Assembly: GCA_937991975.1 (NCBI GenBank) | Contig: CALKLC010000061.1 | Span: forward strand, 1-18,350 | Length of the DNA: 18,350 bases | Direction of reading: 5' to 3' | From: an uncultured Spirochaetales bacterium | GTDB taxonomy: Bacteria; Spirochaetota; Spirochaetia; DTKZ01 | Part shown: piece by piece, positions 7,072 through 14,924 of the stretch | Layout: the number at the start of each line of letters is the position of its first letter | Position numbering within the stretch: position 1 is the first letter of the stretch | Position numbers and translations under genes: made by a program | The notes under the pieces: generated by a model | Database searches by the model: none | What the model was told of the DNA's origin: nothing | Seen by the model: only the letters and a program-made list of their open reading frames with translations

Positions 7072-8216
7072 TCTTGTTCAATAAATCGAGGGATCAGGGG
7101 AAATTTCCTCTGATCAAGAATGTGGAGCCTAAAAAGACTCGAAAAGATTTCCGTATGGATGCGGTAGGGTTAGGAGCCCTTGCGCTCTTTGTGGTGTGCG
7201 TCGCGATTGGCCTTGCGCTGGGAGGTCGGCCTCCTAAAGCAGAGGTTCTGGGGATCCTCCTGGGAACACCCGTTGCGGCTTCCCTACTCATGACCCTTTT
7301 TCCCCGCTGGAGTACAGCGGTAAAGTTTCTCTTAGTGCTGGGATTGCTGGCTGCCCTGTGGCAGTCAGAACAAATGGGGATGGTTCTTGCCGTTGGAGCT
7401 GTAGGAGCCCTCGTGGCACCAGCGGTACAAAAGATGGAAGAGTGGGAACGATCTATCGTTCTTCGGTTCGGGAAGTTCCATCGGGTACGGGGGCCGGGGC
7501 TTTTCCTCCTGTTCCCCTTGATCGATCGCATTGCTCAGGTGGTGGATCTCCGGATCCGGGTTACGGACTTCTCTGCAGAAACGACTCTGACACGGGATTC
7601 GGTCACTGTAACGGTGGATGCCCTTTGCTTCTGGCTCGTATGGGACCCTGAAAAGGCAGTGCTGGAAGTGCAGAACTACGAGGAGGCGGTAATCCTTTCC
7701 TCGAAAACAGCGTTGCGGAATGCCATCAGTAAGAACGATCTGTCCACGTTCCTGGAGCGGGGAGAGGAGATCGAAGAGCAGATCCGAAGCGAAGTGGACA
7801 GGAAAACTACCGAATGGGGAATCACTGTCCAGCACATCGAAATCACCGATATCCAGATCCCGGAAAGCCTCCAGGTTTCGATGAGTCGATTGGCCCAGAT
7901 GGAGCGGGAGAAGAAGGGCAGGATCCAGCTGGCAGAAGCGGAGATCGAAACCGCCCGGCGCCTGGTTGAGGCAGCGGGGATCTATGGGGAAAACCGAACC
8001 GCATTGCGATTGCGAAAACTAGCAGTGCTGAACGAGGGGCTAAAGGCAGGGAACGGCATGATCCTTATACCGAACGAACTGGCTCGGGAACTCCGCGGGG
8101 GCGGGGTTCTTGGATTGGCCGCCCTCGAGGAAGCGAGGCAAACCAATAAGGAAAAGATGAAACCAGACACACAATCCGAAATCCAGGAAGAAGATGACGG
8201 GAGTAGTAAACAATGA
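7068..8216 (+). CDS. SPFH (band 7 / stomatin-like) membrane protein with an N-terminal 4-TM extension
   Basis: Four hydrophobic segments lie in aa 30-120. The SPFH core follows (EWERSIVLRFGKFHRVRGPGLFLLFPLIDRIAQVVDLRIRV ... VTVDALCFWLVWDPEKAVLEVQNYEEAV ... LRNAI), then a stomatin-like coiled-coil tail. AAGGAGG lies 5 nt upstream. The stop overlaps the ABC start. Confidence 0.85.
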   Translation: MILFNKSRDQGKFPLIKNVEPKKTRKDFRMDAVGLGALALFVVCVAIGLALGGRPPKAEVLGILLGTPVAASLLMTLFPRWSTAVKFLLVLGLLAALWQSEQMGMVLAVGAVGALVAPAVQKMEEWERSIVLRFGKFHRVRGPGLFLLFPLIDRIAQVVDLRIRVTDFSAETTLTRDSVTVTVDALCFWLVWDPEKAVLEVQNYEEAVILSSKTALRNAISKNDLSTFLERGEEIEEQIRSEVDRKTTEWGITVQHIEITDIQIPESLQVSMSRLAQMEREKKGRIQLAEAEIETARRLVEAAGIYGENRTALRLRKLAVLNEGLKAGNGMILIPNELARELRGGGVLGLAALEEARQTNKEKMKPDTQSEIQEEDDGSSKQ

Positions 8217-8896
8217 TCCTTGTGGAAGCGAGAGAACTGGTAAAAGACTACACGACGAATGGACTTACGGTGCATGCCCTTCGAGGAATCTCGTTGACTA
8301 TGGAACAGGGGGAGTTTTCGGCCATAGCCGGCCCTTCGGGTAGCGGGAAGTCTACCTTACTCCACCTGGTGGGATGCCTCGATGTCCCCACTGCCGGTAC
8401 GATCCGGATCGAAGAAACGGATATTTCCACCCTGTCGAGGAAGGAACTGGCCTTTCTGCGGCGGCGGAAGATCGGCTTCATCTTTCAGGCGTACAACCTG
8501 ATTCCGGTGCTTACAGCCCTGGAGAATGTATCCTTTCCTCTGACACTGTTGGGGGTTGATCGGAAGGAAGCCCGGCGCATGGCTCTGGAAGCGCTGGCAT
8601 CGGTGGGCCTGGAGGGGATGGGGAATCGGAAACCGAAAGAGATGTCCGGAGGGCAGCAGCAGCGGGTAGCGATCGCCCGTGCGCTGGTGAAAAAGCCTTC
8701 CCTCGTGCTGGCGGATGAACCGACTGCCAATCTGGACTCCCAAACAGGGAGAGAGATCCTGGAACTGATGCTATCGCTGAACCGATCGCTGGGTACCACC
8801 TTTCTCTTCTCTACCCACGACAGGATGGTGATGGAGTATGCGAGGCGGCTCGTCCACCTTCGGGACGGCCTGGTGGAACGGGAGGAGCGTCGATGA
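8213..8896 (+). CDS. ABC transporter ATP-binding protein, LolD/MacB/FtsE-like
   Basis: Walker A is GPSGSGKST, the signature is LSGGQQQRVAIARAL, and Walker B is LVLADEPTANLD, followed by an H-loop. ATGA overlaps occur at both ends. Confidence 0.92.
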   Translation: MILVEARELVKDYTTNGLTVHALRGISLTMEQGEFSAIAGPSGSGKSTLLHLVGCLDVPTAGTIRIEETDISTLSRKELAFLRRRKIGFIFQAYNLIPVLTALENVSFPLTLLGVDRKEARRMALEALASVGLEGMGNRKPKEMSGGQQQRVAIARALVKKPSLVLADEPTANLDSQTGREILELMLSLNRSLGTTFLFSTHDRMVMEYARRLVHLRDGLVEREERR

Positions 8897-10425
8897 TAAG
8901 GAGGGAACTCATCGGGATAGCCTTCCGGAACCTCTCCCGACACAGGGTAAAAACGATCATAACGGTTACGGGAGTGGCGGTAAGTGTGGCCCTCTACATT
9001 TTCATGGACGCATGGCTATTAGGGATGAACCTCGATTCAAAGCGAAACATCGTTTCGTACGAAATAGGGGCAGCCAAGATCCAGACCCAGGCTTATTTCG
9101 AAAAGAAGGATGATCTACCGATGTACGAAAGCTTCTCTAACTGGAAACCCATCGTGCAGGCCCTGGAGGAAGGAGGGTATGTGGCAGCACCCCGTATGGT
9201 TTTTAGCGGCACCCTATACTCCCGATCCGGGTCAGCCCCCATGGTGTTTCACGGAGTGGACCCCAAGGCAGAACGAAAGGTGTTACGGTACAGTAACTAC
9301 CTGGAAGTGGGGAGATTCCCCCAAGGGGGAACTTTCGAAATGGCTGTGGGATTGCTGGCCGCAGAAAAACTGAAACTCCACATTCCACAAAAGATTACGG
9401 TTAAGGAACTGGAAGAGAAATTACTGCGAATGGCTTTGCATCCAGATGAAGAGGCGTTTGTGCGGAGGTTGTATGAACATAAATTGTACAGAACATCAGG
9501 AGAAACGGGAAAAAGAGGGGAGGGGCAGCTGGTTGAGGGCGTCTACTTCCTGCGGCGGGATGTATCCCGGGAAGAGTTGAACCGATTCTGGGATCTCCTT
9601 CTTTCCTCGGGCGAAAACGATGTCAGGATCTCCACGGTGATCGATATCAAGGAGGAGTCCGGTAAGATCCGGCATGTGTACCAGGTGATGGAGGGGAAAG
9701 TGGTGGGGATCATCAATTCCCCCAATCCCAAGACCAACGGGAACGTGGCCTACCTCCCCCTTGATGTACTTTCAGGAGAAGCGGGCCTTCTTCTGGAAGA
9801 CCAGGTCACGGAAATATTGGTACGGGGAGCTTCCGCAAAGGATGGGTCTCTACCAAAACCCGATGAAACACCGGAGGCGATCGTGGAGTCGTTGAAACGG
9901 GTTGGCTATTCTTTACCTCCCACTCTCCGGGTGTATAGCTGGATGGACTATGTGAAGGATTACATCGCTGCATCCCGGCAGGATGATGTGACAACTCGGA
10001 TCATGATCCTCCTTCTCTTCATCCTTTCCTTCCTGGGGATCGCCAACACGATGCTGATGGCGATCCTGGAACGAACCAGGGAGATCGGCATGATGCGGGC
10101 TCTGGGGATGACGGATGGAGAGTTGATTCTATCCTACCTCTTCGAGGCTGGAATGATTGGATTGATCGGTGGGATCGTGGGGATGGTTCTTGGCTCTGTG
10201 GCGAATATTCCGATGGTGAACTACGGGGTCGATTACTCCTCCATGGCGCGTGAATTGAGTGGAGATTTCGGGTATCGGATCACTGCCCTGTTCCGTTCAG
10301 CCTGGAATCCTGGAACCATTATCGGCTCAGGAATCGTGGCCACCCTCATTTCCGCACTGTTGAGTATCCCCCCTATTCTCCGGGCACTGAAGATGCCTGT
10401 CACCGAAAGTCTCCGCTTTGAGTGA
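8893..10425 (+). CDS. ABC transporter permease, FtsX/MacB-LolCE type (4 TM with a large periplasmic domain)
   Basis: TM1 at the N-terminus is followed by an approx. 330-aa extracytoplasmic domain. The FtsX C-terminal 3-TM block follows (IMILLLFILSFLGIANTMLMAILERTREIGMMRALGMT). Confidence 0.88.
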   Translation: MIRRELIGIAFRNLSRHRVKTIITVTGVAVSVALYIFMDAWLLGMNLDSKRNIVSYEIGAAKIQTQAYFEKKDDLPMYESFSNWKPIVQALEEGGYVAAPRMVFSGTLYSRSGSAPMVFHGVDPKAERKVLRYSNYLEVGRFPQGGTFEMAVGLLAAEKLKLHIPQKITVKELEEKLLRMALHPDEEAFVRRLYEHKLYRTSGETGKRGEGQLVEGVYFLRRDVSREELNRFWDLLLSSGENDVRISTVIDIKEESGKIRHVYQVMEGKVVGIINSPNPKTNGNVAYLPLDVLSGEAGLLLEDQVTEILVRGASAKDGSLPKPDETPEAIVESLKRVGYSLPPTLRVYSWMDYVKDYIAASRQDDVTTRIMILLLFILSFLGIANTMLMAILERTREIGMMRALGMTDGELILSYLFEAGMIGLIGGIVGMVLGSVANIPMVNYGVDYSSMARELSGDFGYRITALFRSAWNPGTIIGSGIVATLISALLSIPPILRALKMPVTESLRFE

Positions 10426-10439
10426 GGAGGAGGTCGTAG

Positions 10440-11753
10440 ATGGAGGTAATGAAAGGGCTGGAAAGTAAGGGGAGCCCTATAGGGAGAAAGGCGCGTGGTG
10501 GGAGTGGATCTCTCGATCTCCTTCTCATTGCGTATCGAAACCTGAATCGGAACAGGCGGCGCACGATCCTCTGCGTGGTGGCGGTGGCCCTGGCCGTGTT
10601 CTTCAACATCTTCATGCAGTCCTGGATCGAGGGGATGTACAAGAGTATCGAGGAAGTGGTACAGACTTTCGAGACAGGGCATCTCCAGCTGGTTTCGAAG
10701 GGGTTCGAGGAGGAGAAAGAGTACCTGCCGGTCCAATTTCCCCTGGAAGACGGAAAGGCTGTTGAGGATCTTGTGTCTCGCATCGAAACCCTTCCCGGGG
10801 TGAAAGCTGCTCTCCCTCGAATCGTCACTTATGCCTCCCTCTTCGATAGTGTGGTGAAACATGCAATTGTCTGGGGTATCGAGGGTGAGCGGGAGCTGTC
10901 TCTTCATCCCTTGAACCTGACGGAACGGGGGAGCGGGATGGTGGAAGGTAGATTCCCCCGAAAGGGTGAAAATGCCTGTGCGGTAGGAGTAGGGTTTGCC
11001 GGAAAAGCAGGCATCAGGGTAGGAGATCGACTTCCCTTCAAGATGGTATCTGCTCAATTTTCCGATAAGTTCTGGAATCCCGAAGTGGTGGGGATTTTCA
11101 AGTTCGACTACCGGAAGTACGACGAGGGAGTGATCCTCGTCCCTTTTGACCGGTTGCAGAGAATCCTCGTACTGGGGGAAGGCACCCAGCAGCTGTTCAT
11201 ATATCTCGAGGATGCTGCGTACGTAGAGGAAATGAAACAGCCGATCCAGGCCCTTTTAGGTGAAGGTTCTGTAATCCATTCCTGGAAAGAGAATTATTGG
11301 GTTGCTTACCTCCGAAACAGCACATTTCTCTTTGTGATTATCTTTTCTGTGTTCCAGATCGTAGCGAGTTTCCTCATTATCAATACGATTGTTATGGTGA
11401 TCCACGAACGGATCAAAGAGATCGGGATGATGGGCGCTTTGGGGATGACAAGAGGCGAAATCGTACAGGTGTTCTTCTTCGAGGCAGTGCTATTGAGTGT
11501 GTTCGGCGCCTTTGCGGGGAGCTTGTTGGGAGGTATCGTGACCTGGATCGGATCCCTATTCCCCCTCGATATGGAAATGTTCACCGGGGGGGGAATGAAG
11601 GACTTTCCCATTTCAGGAACTCTCATTCTAACCTTCTCGGTCCAGATTCTGGGGAAAGGGTTCCTGTTCGGAGTAGTGGTCTCCGCTCTCTGTACCCTGT
11701 TTCCTTCATTGAAGAGTGCCTTCATCGAACCGGTAGAAGCATTACGGAGATAG
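10440..11753 (+). CDS. ABC transporter permease, second FtsX/LolCE-type paralogue
   Basis: Same architecture as the first permease (IVMVIHERIKEIGMMGALGMT). GGAGGAGG lies upstream. Confidence 0.88.
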   Translation: MEVMKGLESKGSPIGRKARGGSGSLDLLLIAYRNLNRNRRRTILCVVAVALAVFFNIFMQSWIEGMYKSIEEVVQTFETGHLQLVSKGFEEEKEYLPVQFPLEDGKAVEDLVSRIETLPGVKAALPRIVTYASLFDSVVKHAIVWGIEGERELSLHPLNLTERGSGMVEGRFPRKGENACAVGVGFAGKAGIRVGDRLPFKMVSAQFSDKFWNPEVVGIFKFDYRKYDEGVILVPFDRLQRILVLGEGTQQLFIYLEDAAYVEEMKQPIQALLGEGSVIHSWKENYWVAYLRNSTFLFVIIFSVFQIVASFLIINTIVMVIHERIKEIGMMGALGMTRGEIVQVFFFEAVLLSVFGAFAGSLLGGIVTWIGSLFPLDMEMFTGGGMKDFPISGTLILTFSVQILGKGFLFGVVVSALCTLFPSLKSAFIEPVEALRR

Positions 11754-11770
11754 AAAAGGAGGTTGCCACC

Positions 11771-12571
11771 ATGACAAAAGGTACACAAGTTCGAGGAGGC
11801 TTGGTTCTATTTGCGGCCCTACTGGTAACTTCATTTCTTCCCACCCCTGGCATCGCTCAAGCGCAGGACTCCTCTGGCGGGGTACATCCTGGAGTGCCTT
11901 CGGCCGTCGAACTCCTGGCCCGGGTAGATGCCAACGAGGTGTACGATTCCATCACCTACGAAGGAGAGATGGTGATCGAATACCAGGGGAAACGGTTCCT
12001 CAAGGTATTCAAAGCTGCCGGCCGGGGAAATACGGATAGTTTCGTGGAGTTCTTGAATCCTGAGGATCGGGGAACCAGGTACTTGAAAAAAGAAGGGCGG
12101 TTATACGTGTATTCCCCCGATACCGAGTCCATCATGCTGATCTCGGGGCACCTATTGAAAGAGTCCATGATGGGTTCTGACCTTTCGTACGAGGATACCA
12201 TTGATAACGACACCCTTTCGGCTCGGTACACGCCCGTTCTTGCAGGGTCCGAGGAAGTGAAAGGGCGGAGAAGCTGGGTGCTGGAACTCACGGCCCGAAA
12301 GCGAACAGAGAGTTACCCGAAACGGAAGCTCTGGATCGATGCGGGAACCGGGGAACTTCTCCGGATGGAGATGTATGCTCTTTCCGGGGCAAAACTGAAA
12401 GAGTACGAACTGATCCGATCCGAGCGGATCGGAAACCGGTATTTCCCCGTCGAATTTGTGATGCGGGATCTCCTCCGTAAGGATAGCCGGACTTTCTTTC
12501 GTATGCGGAATGTGGTACTGGATGCGAGGATTCCGGATTCGGTTTTTAGTATGCGCAACCTCCGCAAGTAG
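11771..12571 (+). CDS. secreted LolA-fold protein (outer-membrane lipoprotein-sorting-protein-like)
   Basis: AAGGAGG lies 8 nt upstream. There is a signal peptide with an AQA/QD cleavage site. The sequence is beta-rich and LolA-like (VFKAAGRGNTDSFVEFLNPEDRGTRYLKKEGRLYVYSP...RSWVLELTA). This family classically neighbours FtsX-type permeases. The ORF-track start at 11297 is an out-of-context upstream extension. Confidence 0.7.
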   Translation: MTKGTQVRGGLVLFAALLVTSFLPTPGIAQAQDSSGGVHPGVPSAVELLARVDANEVYDSITYEGEMVIEYQGKRFLKVFKAAGRGNTDSFVEFLNPEDRGTRYLKKEGRLYVYSPDTESIMLISGHLLKESMMGSDLSYEDTIDNDTLSARYTPVLAGSEEVKGRRSWVLELTARKRTESYPKRKLWIDAGTGELLRMEMYALSGAKLKEYELIRSERIGNRYFPVEFVMRDLLRKDSRTFFRMRNVVLDARIPDSVFSMRNLRK

Positions 12572-12589
12572 GGGGTTGGGCCGCGAAAG

Positions 12590-14050
12590 ATGATCCCAAG
12601 TAAAGGCGTGGAGATGCTGTCCGCGAGAATACAGGAAAAGCAAAGAGAAGTGAAAACAAATCAAAAACAGTGGGAACCACCTCTGCAGGTGCGCCGGCTG
12701 CAGTCTCTATTCTGGGTATGGTTGTGCCTGTGGCTCTTCTCCATAGGACAGGGGAAAGCGTTCGGGGATGGCCAGGTTCCGCCTGCGCACAATAGATGGC
12801 CCCTTTTGGTGGGACACGGACAAACCCTCAGCAATGATCAGGCGCCGCCTGAGCAAAACAAATTGCGCTTTTCGGTTGTTGCAGATACCACTGTGGAGGG
12901 GGCCTGGGTTCCGGGGTATGGGGGAAGTGAGAAGGGAGCGTATGGATTCGAGCAGTACGGGAACCTCCGGCTGGAAGCACCCCTGAAAGAATGGGGAAAG
13001 GTGTATGTGGCGGTGAATGTGCTGGCCGCTTCGGGGACTGCTTTGCCTGGGATATCCTCGACATCTATTGGTCAAGGATCTATGGGGCAGGGGTACGGAT
13101 CCATCGTGGAGCTGGAACGGTTGTACTACCGCCTCGAAACAGAGGCGGTGGATTGGGAAACCGGGCTTCTACGGATCCCCTTTGGGTTTGGACAGGCCTT
13201 CAGGCCTATGGACTTCCTCAATCCTCCCAGTCCTCTCCATCCCGATGCCCGGCCGCGGGGGGTCCTGGGAACTCTCTACACGCAGTATCCTTCCGAAACG
13301 ACTCTTGTAAGGATTTTTGCCGCATCAGGCCCGGATCCTACCCAGACAGACGGTTCCGGAGCTCTGGCCGGGATTTCCGGGGAACTCCATGTTCCTTCTT
13401 CCAGTGTGCAGGTTTTGTACGCGCTCCAGGCTCCCCGGACAGGGGAAAAGCGGCCTACCCATCGTTTGGGTCTTTCCTACAAGTGGGACGGAGAGGTGTC
13501 GATCACTCTGGATGCTCTCTATACCCTCTGGAGAGATGCCCTGGTCACGAATCGGTGGTACGACCGGACGTGGCATCCCATACTCGGGCTGCAGCTGACG
13601 GCAGGCCTGGATGCCTCCTTCGGAGACTTCATCGCTTTCATCCAGTATCTGTACAACGGCTCTGGTCCCCTTGAACCGAAGGATCCTCTTTCCGAACTCT
13701 ACGATCCCTCGAGGGGAAATTGGAGGGATTTGCCTCCGGACAAGCGTCTTTATAGGTCTGATCTGCCCATCGGTGAATGGAATCGGCGTAACTACCTGTT
13801 CGCTTCCCTACTCTACAAGGTGAATGATTACACCCGCCTCAGCCTGAGTAGCACGGTGAACCTGGATGATGGATCCCTGGTTCCCGCGGCTATCCTTGAG
13901 CATGAACCGTTCCAGGGTCTCACGGTGCAGCTTGCTCTGCGGGTGTTCCTGGATCCTGCTCTTTGGGGGATCGGCCCAGAGGGGGAGTTGGGCCCCCTTC
14001 ATACAGGGAAACGGGGAGACTGCTCGGTGAAAGTACGGATCAGGTTCTAA
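12590..14050 (+). CDS. putative outer-membrane beta-barrel protein (porin-like); start uncertain
   Basis: A hydrophobic signal-like segment (LQSLFWVWLCLWLFSIGQG) follows a long charged N-region. An in-frame GTG at 12689 is a plausible alternative start. The sequence is Gly/Tyr/Trp-rich with alternating hydrophobic patterns, and the C-terminus is ...VKVRIRF (terminal Phe beta-signal). Confidence 0.6.
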   Translation: MIPSKGVEMLSARIQEKQREVKTNQKQWEPPLQVRRLQSLFWVWLCLWLFSIGQGKAFGDGQVPPAHNRWPLLVGHGQTLSNDQAPPEQNKLRFSVVADTTVEGAWVPGYGGSEKGAYGFEQYGNLRLEAPLKEWGKVYVAVNVLAASGTALPGISSTSIGQGSMGQGYGSIVELERLYYRLETEAVDWETGLLRIPFGFGQAFRPMDFLNPPSPLHPDARPRGVLGTLYTQYPSETTLVRIFAASGPDPTQTDGSGALAGISGELHVPSSSVQVLYALQAPRTGEKRPTHRLGLSYKWDGEVSITLDALYTLWRDALVTNRWYDRTWHPILGLQLTAGLDASFGDFIAFIQYLYNGSGPLEPKDPLSELYDPSRGNWRDLPPDKRLYRSDLPIGEWNRRNYLFASLLYKVNDYTRLSLSSTVNLDDGSLVPAAILEHEPFQGLTVQLALRVFLDPALWGIGPEGELGPLHTGKRGDCSVKVRIRF

Positions 14051-14892
14051 AGAGTGACCGTTTTGCGTTTTCGTTTGAGAACGTATCGGATCAAGCCGTC
14101 ATCCGGGCGAGGGACATATACCCCGCTCTTCGAACCCGTAAACTCCAGCTGGAAGGTATCTCCCGCTCTGTGAACACGAAACCGTCCAGTACAGGAGGGG
14201 CATTGCAAGATTTCCCCATCCTGAATGTCCGGTCTAGGCACGATCAAAGGCCCGCATGCTGGGCAGGATAGAAGCAACCGGTTTTCCCCTGCATGTCCCA
14301 GAATAGGGGTTAGTTTATCCGATTTCGCTATCGATAGGAAAAGATCCACCAGATGGGGATCGAACTGTTTCCCTTTCTCTTCGGAAAGAATGGAGAGGGC
14401 TTGATCCACAGGCAGGGCAGGCCGATAGGGACGGGGGCTGGTGAGGGCATCGAAGGTATCTGCGATGGCGGTAATCTTTCCCCAGATGGTGATACTATCG
14501 CCATCCAGCCTTGCGGGGTAGCCGGTTCCATCCACCCGTTCATGATGCTCCAGGATGCTGTAGCGGATGAGGGGGTACAACGTATGATTCTGCCCGATTT
14601 CTCCTCCTACCACGGGATGCTGCCGAACCACCTGAAACTCCTGATCCGAAAGGGGGCCATTCTTATTGAGGATTCCATCGGACACTCCCACTTTCCCTAG
14701 ATCGTGCACCATAGATCCCAACTCGAGTACGAATTGATAATTCTTGTCCAAACCGTATCGCATCCCCAGGAGAACGCTGTAGCGGCTTACCCTCCAGATA
14801 TGTCCCCCTGTGTAGGGGTCCCGAGCTTCGATGACAGAGGCCAGGGCGATCAAAGATTTCAAGAGATGGTTGTGGATTTCGATTTTTTTCAT
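14047..14892 (-). CDS. HD-GYP domain phosphodiesterase (likely c-di-GMP) with a C-terminal MJ0042-type zinc-ribbon
   Basis: HD (VHDLGKVGV) and HHERVDGTGYP motifs are present. The C-terminus has CPACG...CPSCTGRFRV, a CxxC...CxxC ribbon. There is no N-terminal sensor domain. The stop overlaps the stop of the convergent barrel gene. Confidence 0.85.
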   Translation of the reverse strand: MKKIEIHNHLLKSLIALASVIEARDPYTGGHIWRVSRYSVLLGMRYGLDKNYQFVLELGSMVHDLGKVGVSDGILNKNGPLSDQEFQVVRQHPVVGGEIGQNHTLYPLIRYSILEHHERVDGTGYPARLDGDSITIWGKITAIADTFDALTSPRPYRPALPVDQALSILSEEKGKQFDPHLVDLFLSIAKSDKLTPILGHAGENRLLLSCPACGPLIVPRPDIQDGEILQCPSCTGRFRVHRAGDTFQLEFTGSKSGVYVPRPDDGLIRYVLKRKRKTVTL

Positions 14893-14924
14893 TCTACCAA
14901 TGTACCCTGTAAATGGGATTTCGT

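Noticed and set aside
10233-11057. 274-aa minus-strand ORF, and other antisense ORFs across 9203-12664
   Set aside because: They overlap the two FtsX permease genes and the LolA-like gene, which have strong family signatures and SD sites. The antisense products have no recognisable features.
11297-11770. Upstream extension of the LolA-like ORF to 11297
   Set aside because: It overlaps the 3' third of the second permease in another frame. The real start is the ATG at 11771, which has AAGGAGG upstream and a signal peptide.
12590-12688. Treating the ATG at 12590 as the definite start of the barrel gene
   Set aside because: That start would give a 34-aa charged N-region before the hydrophobic core. 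An in-frame GTG at 12689 gives a canonical signal peptide. No SD supports either, so the start is left uncertain.
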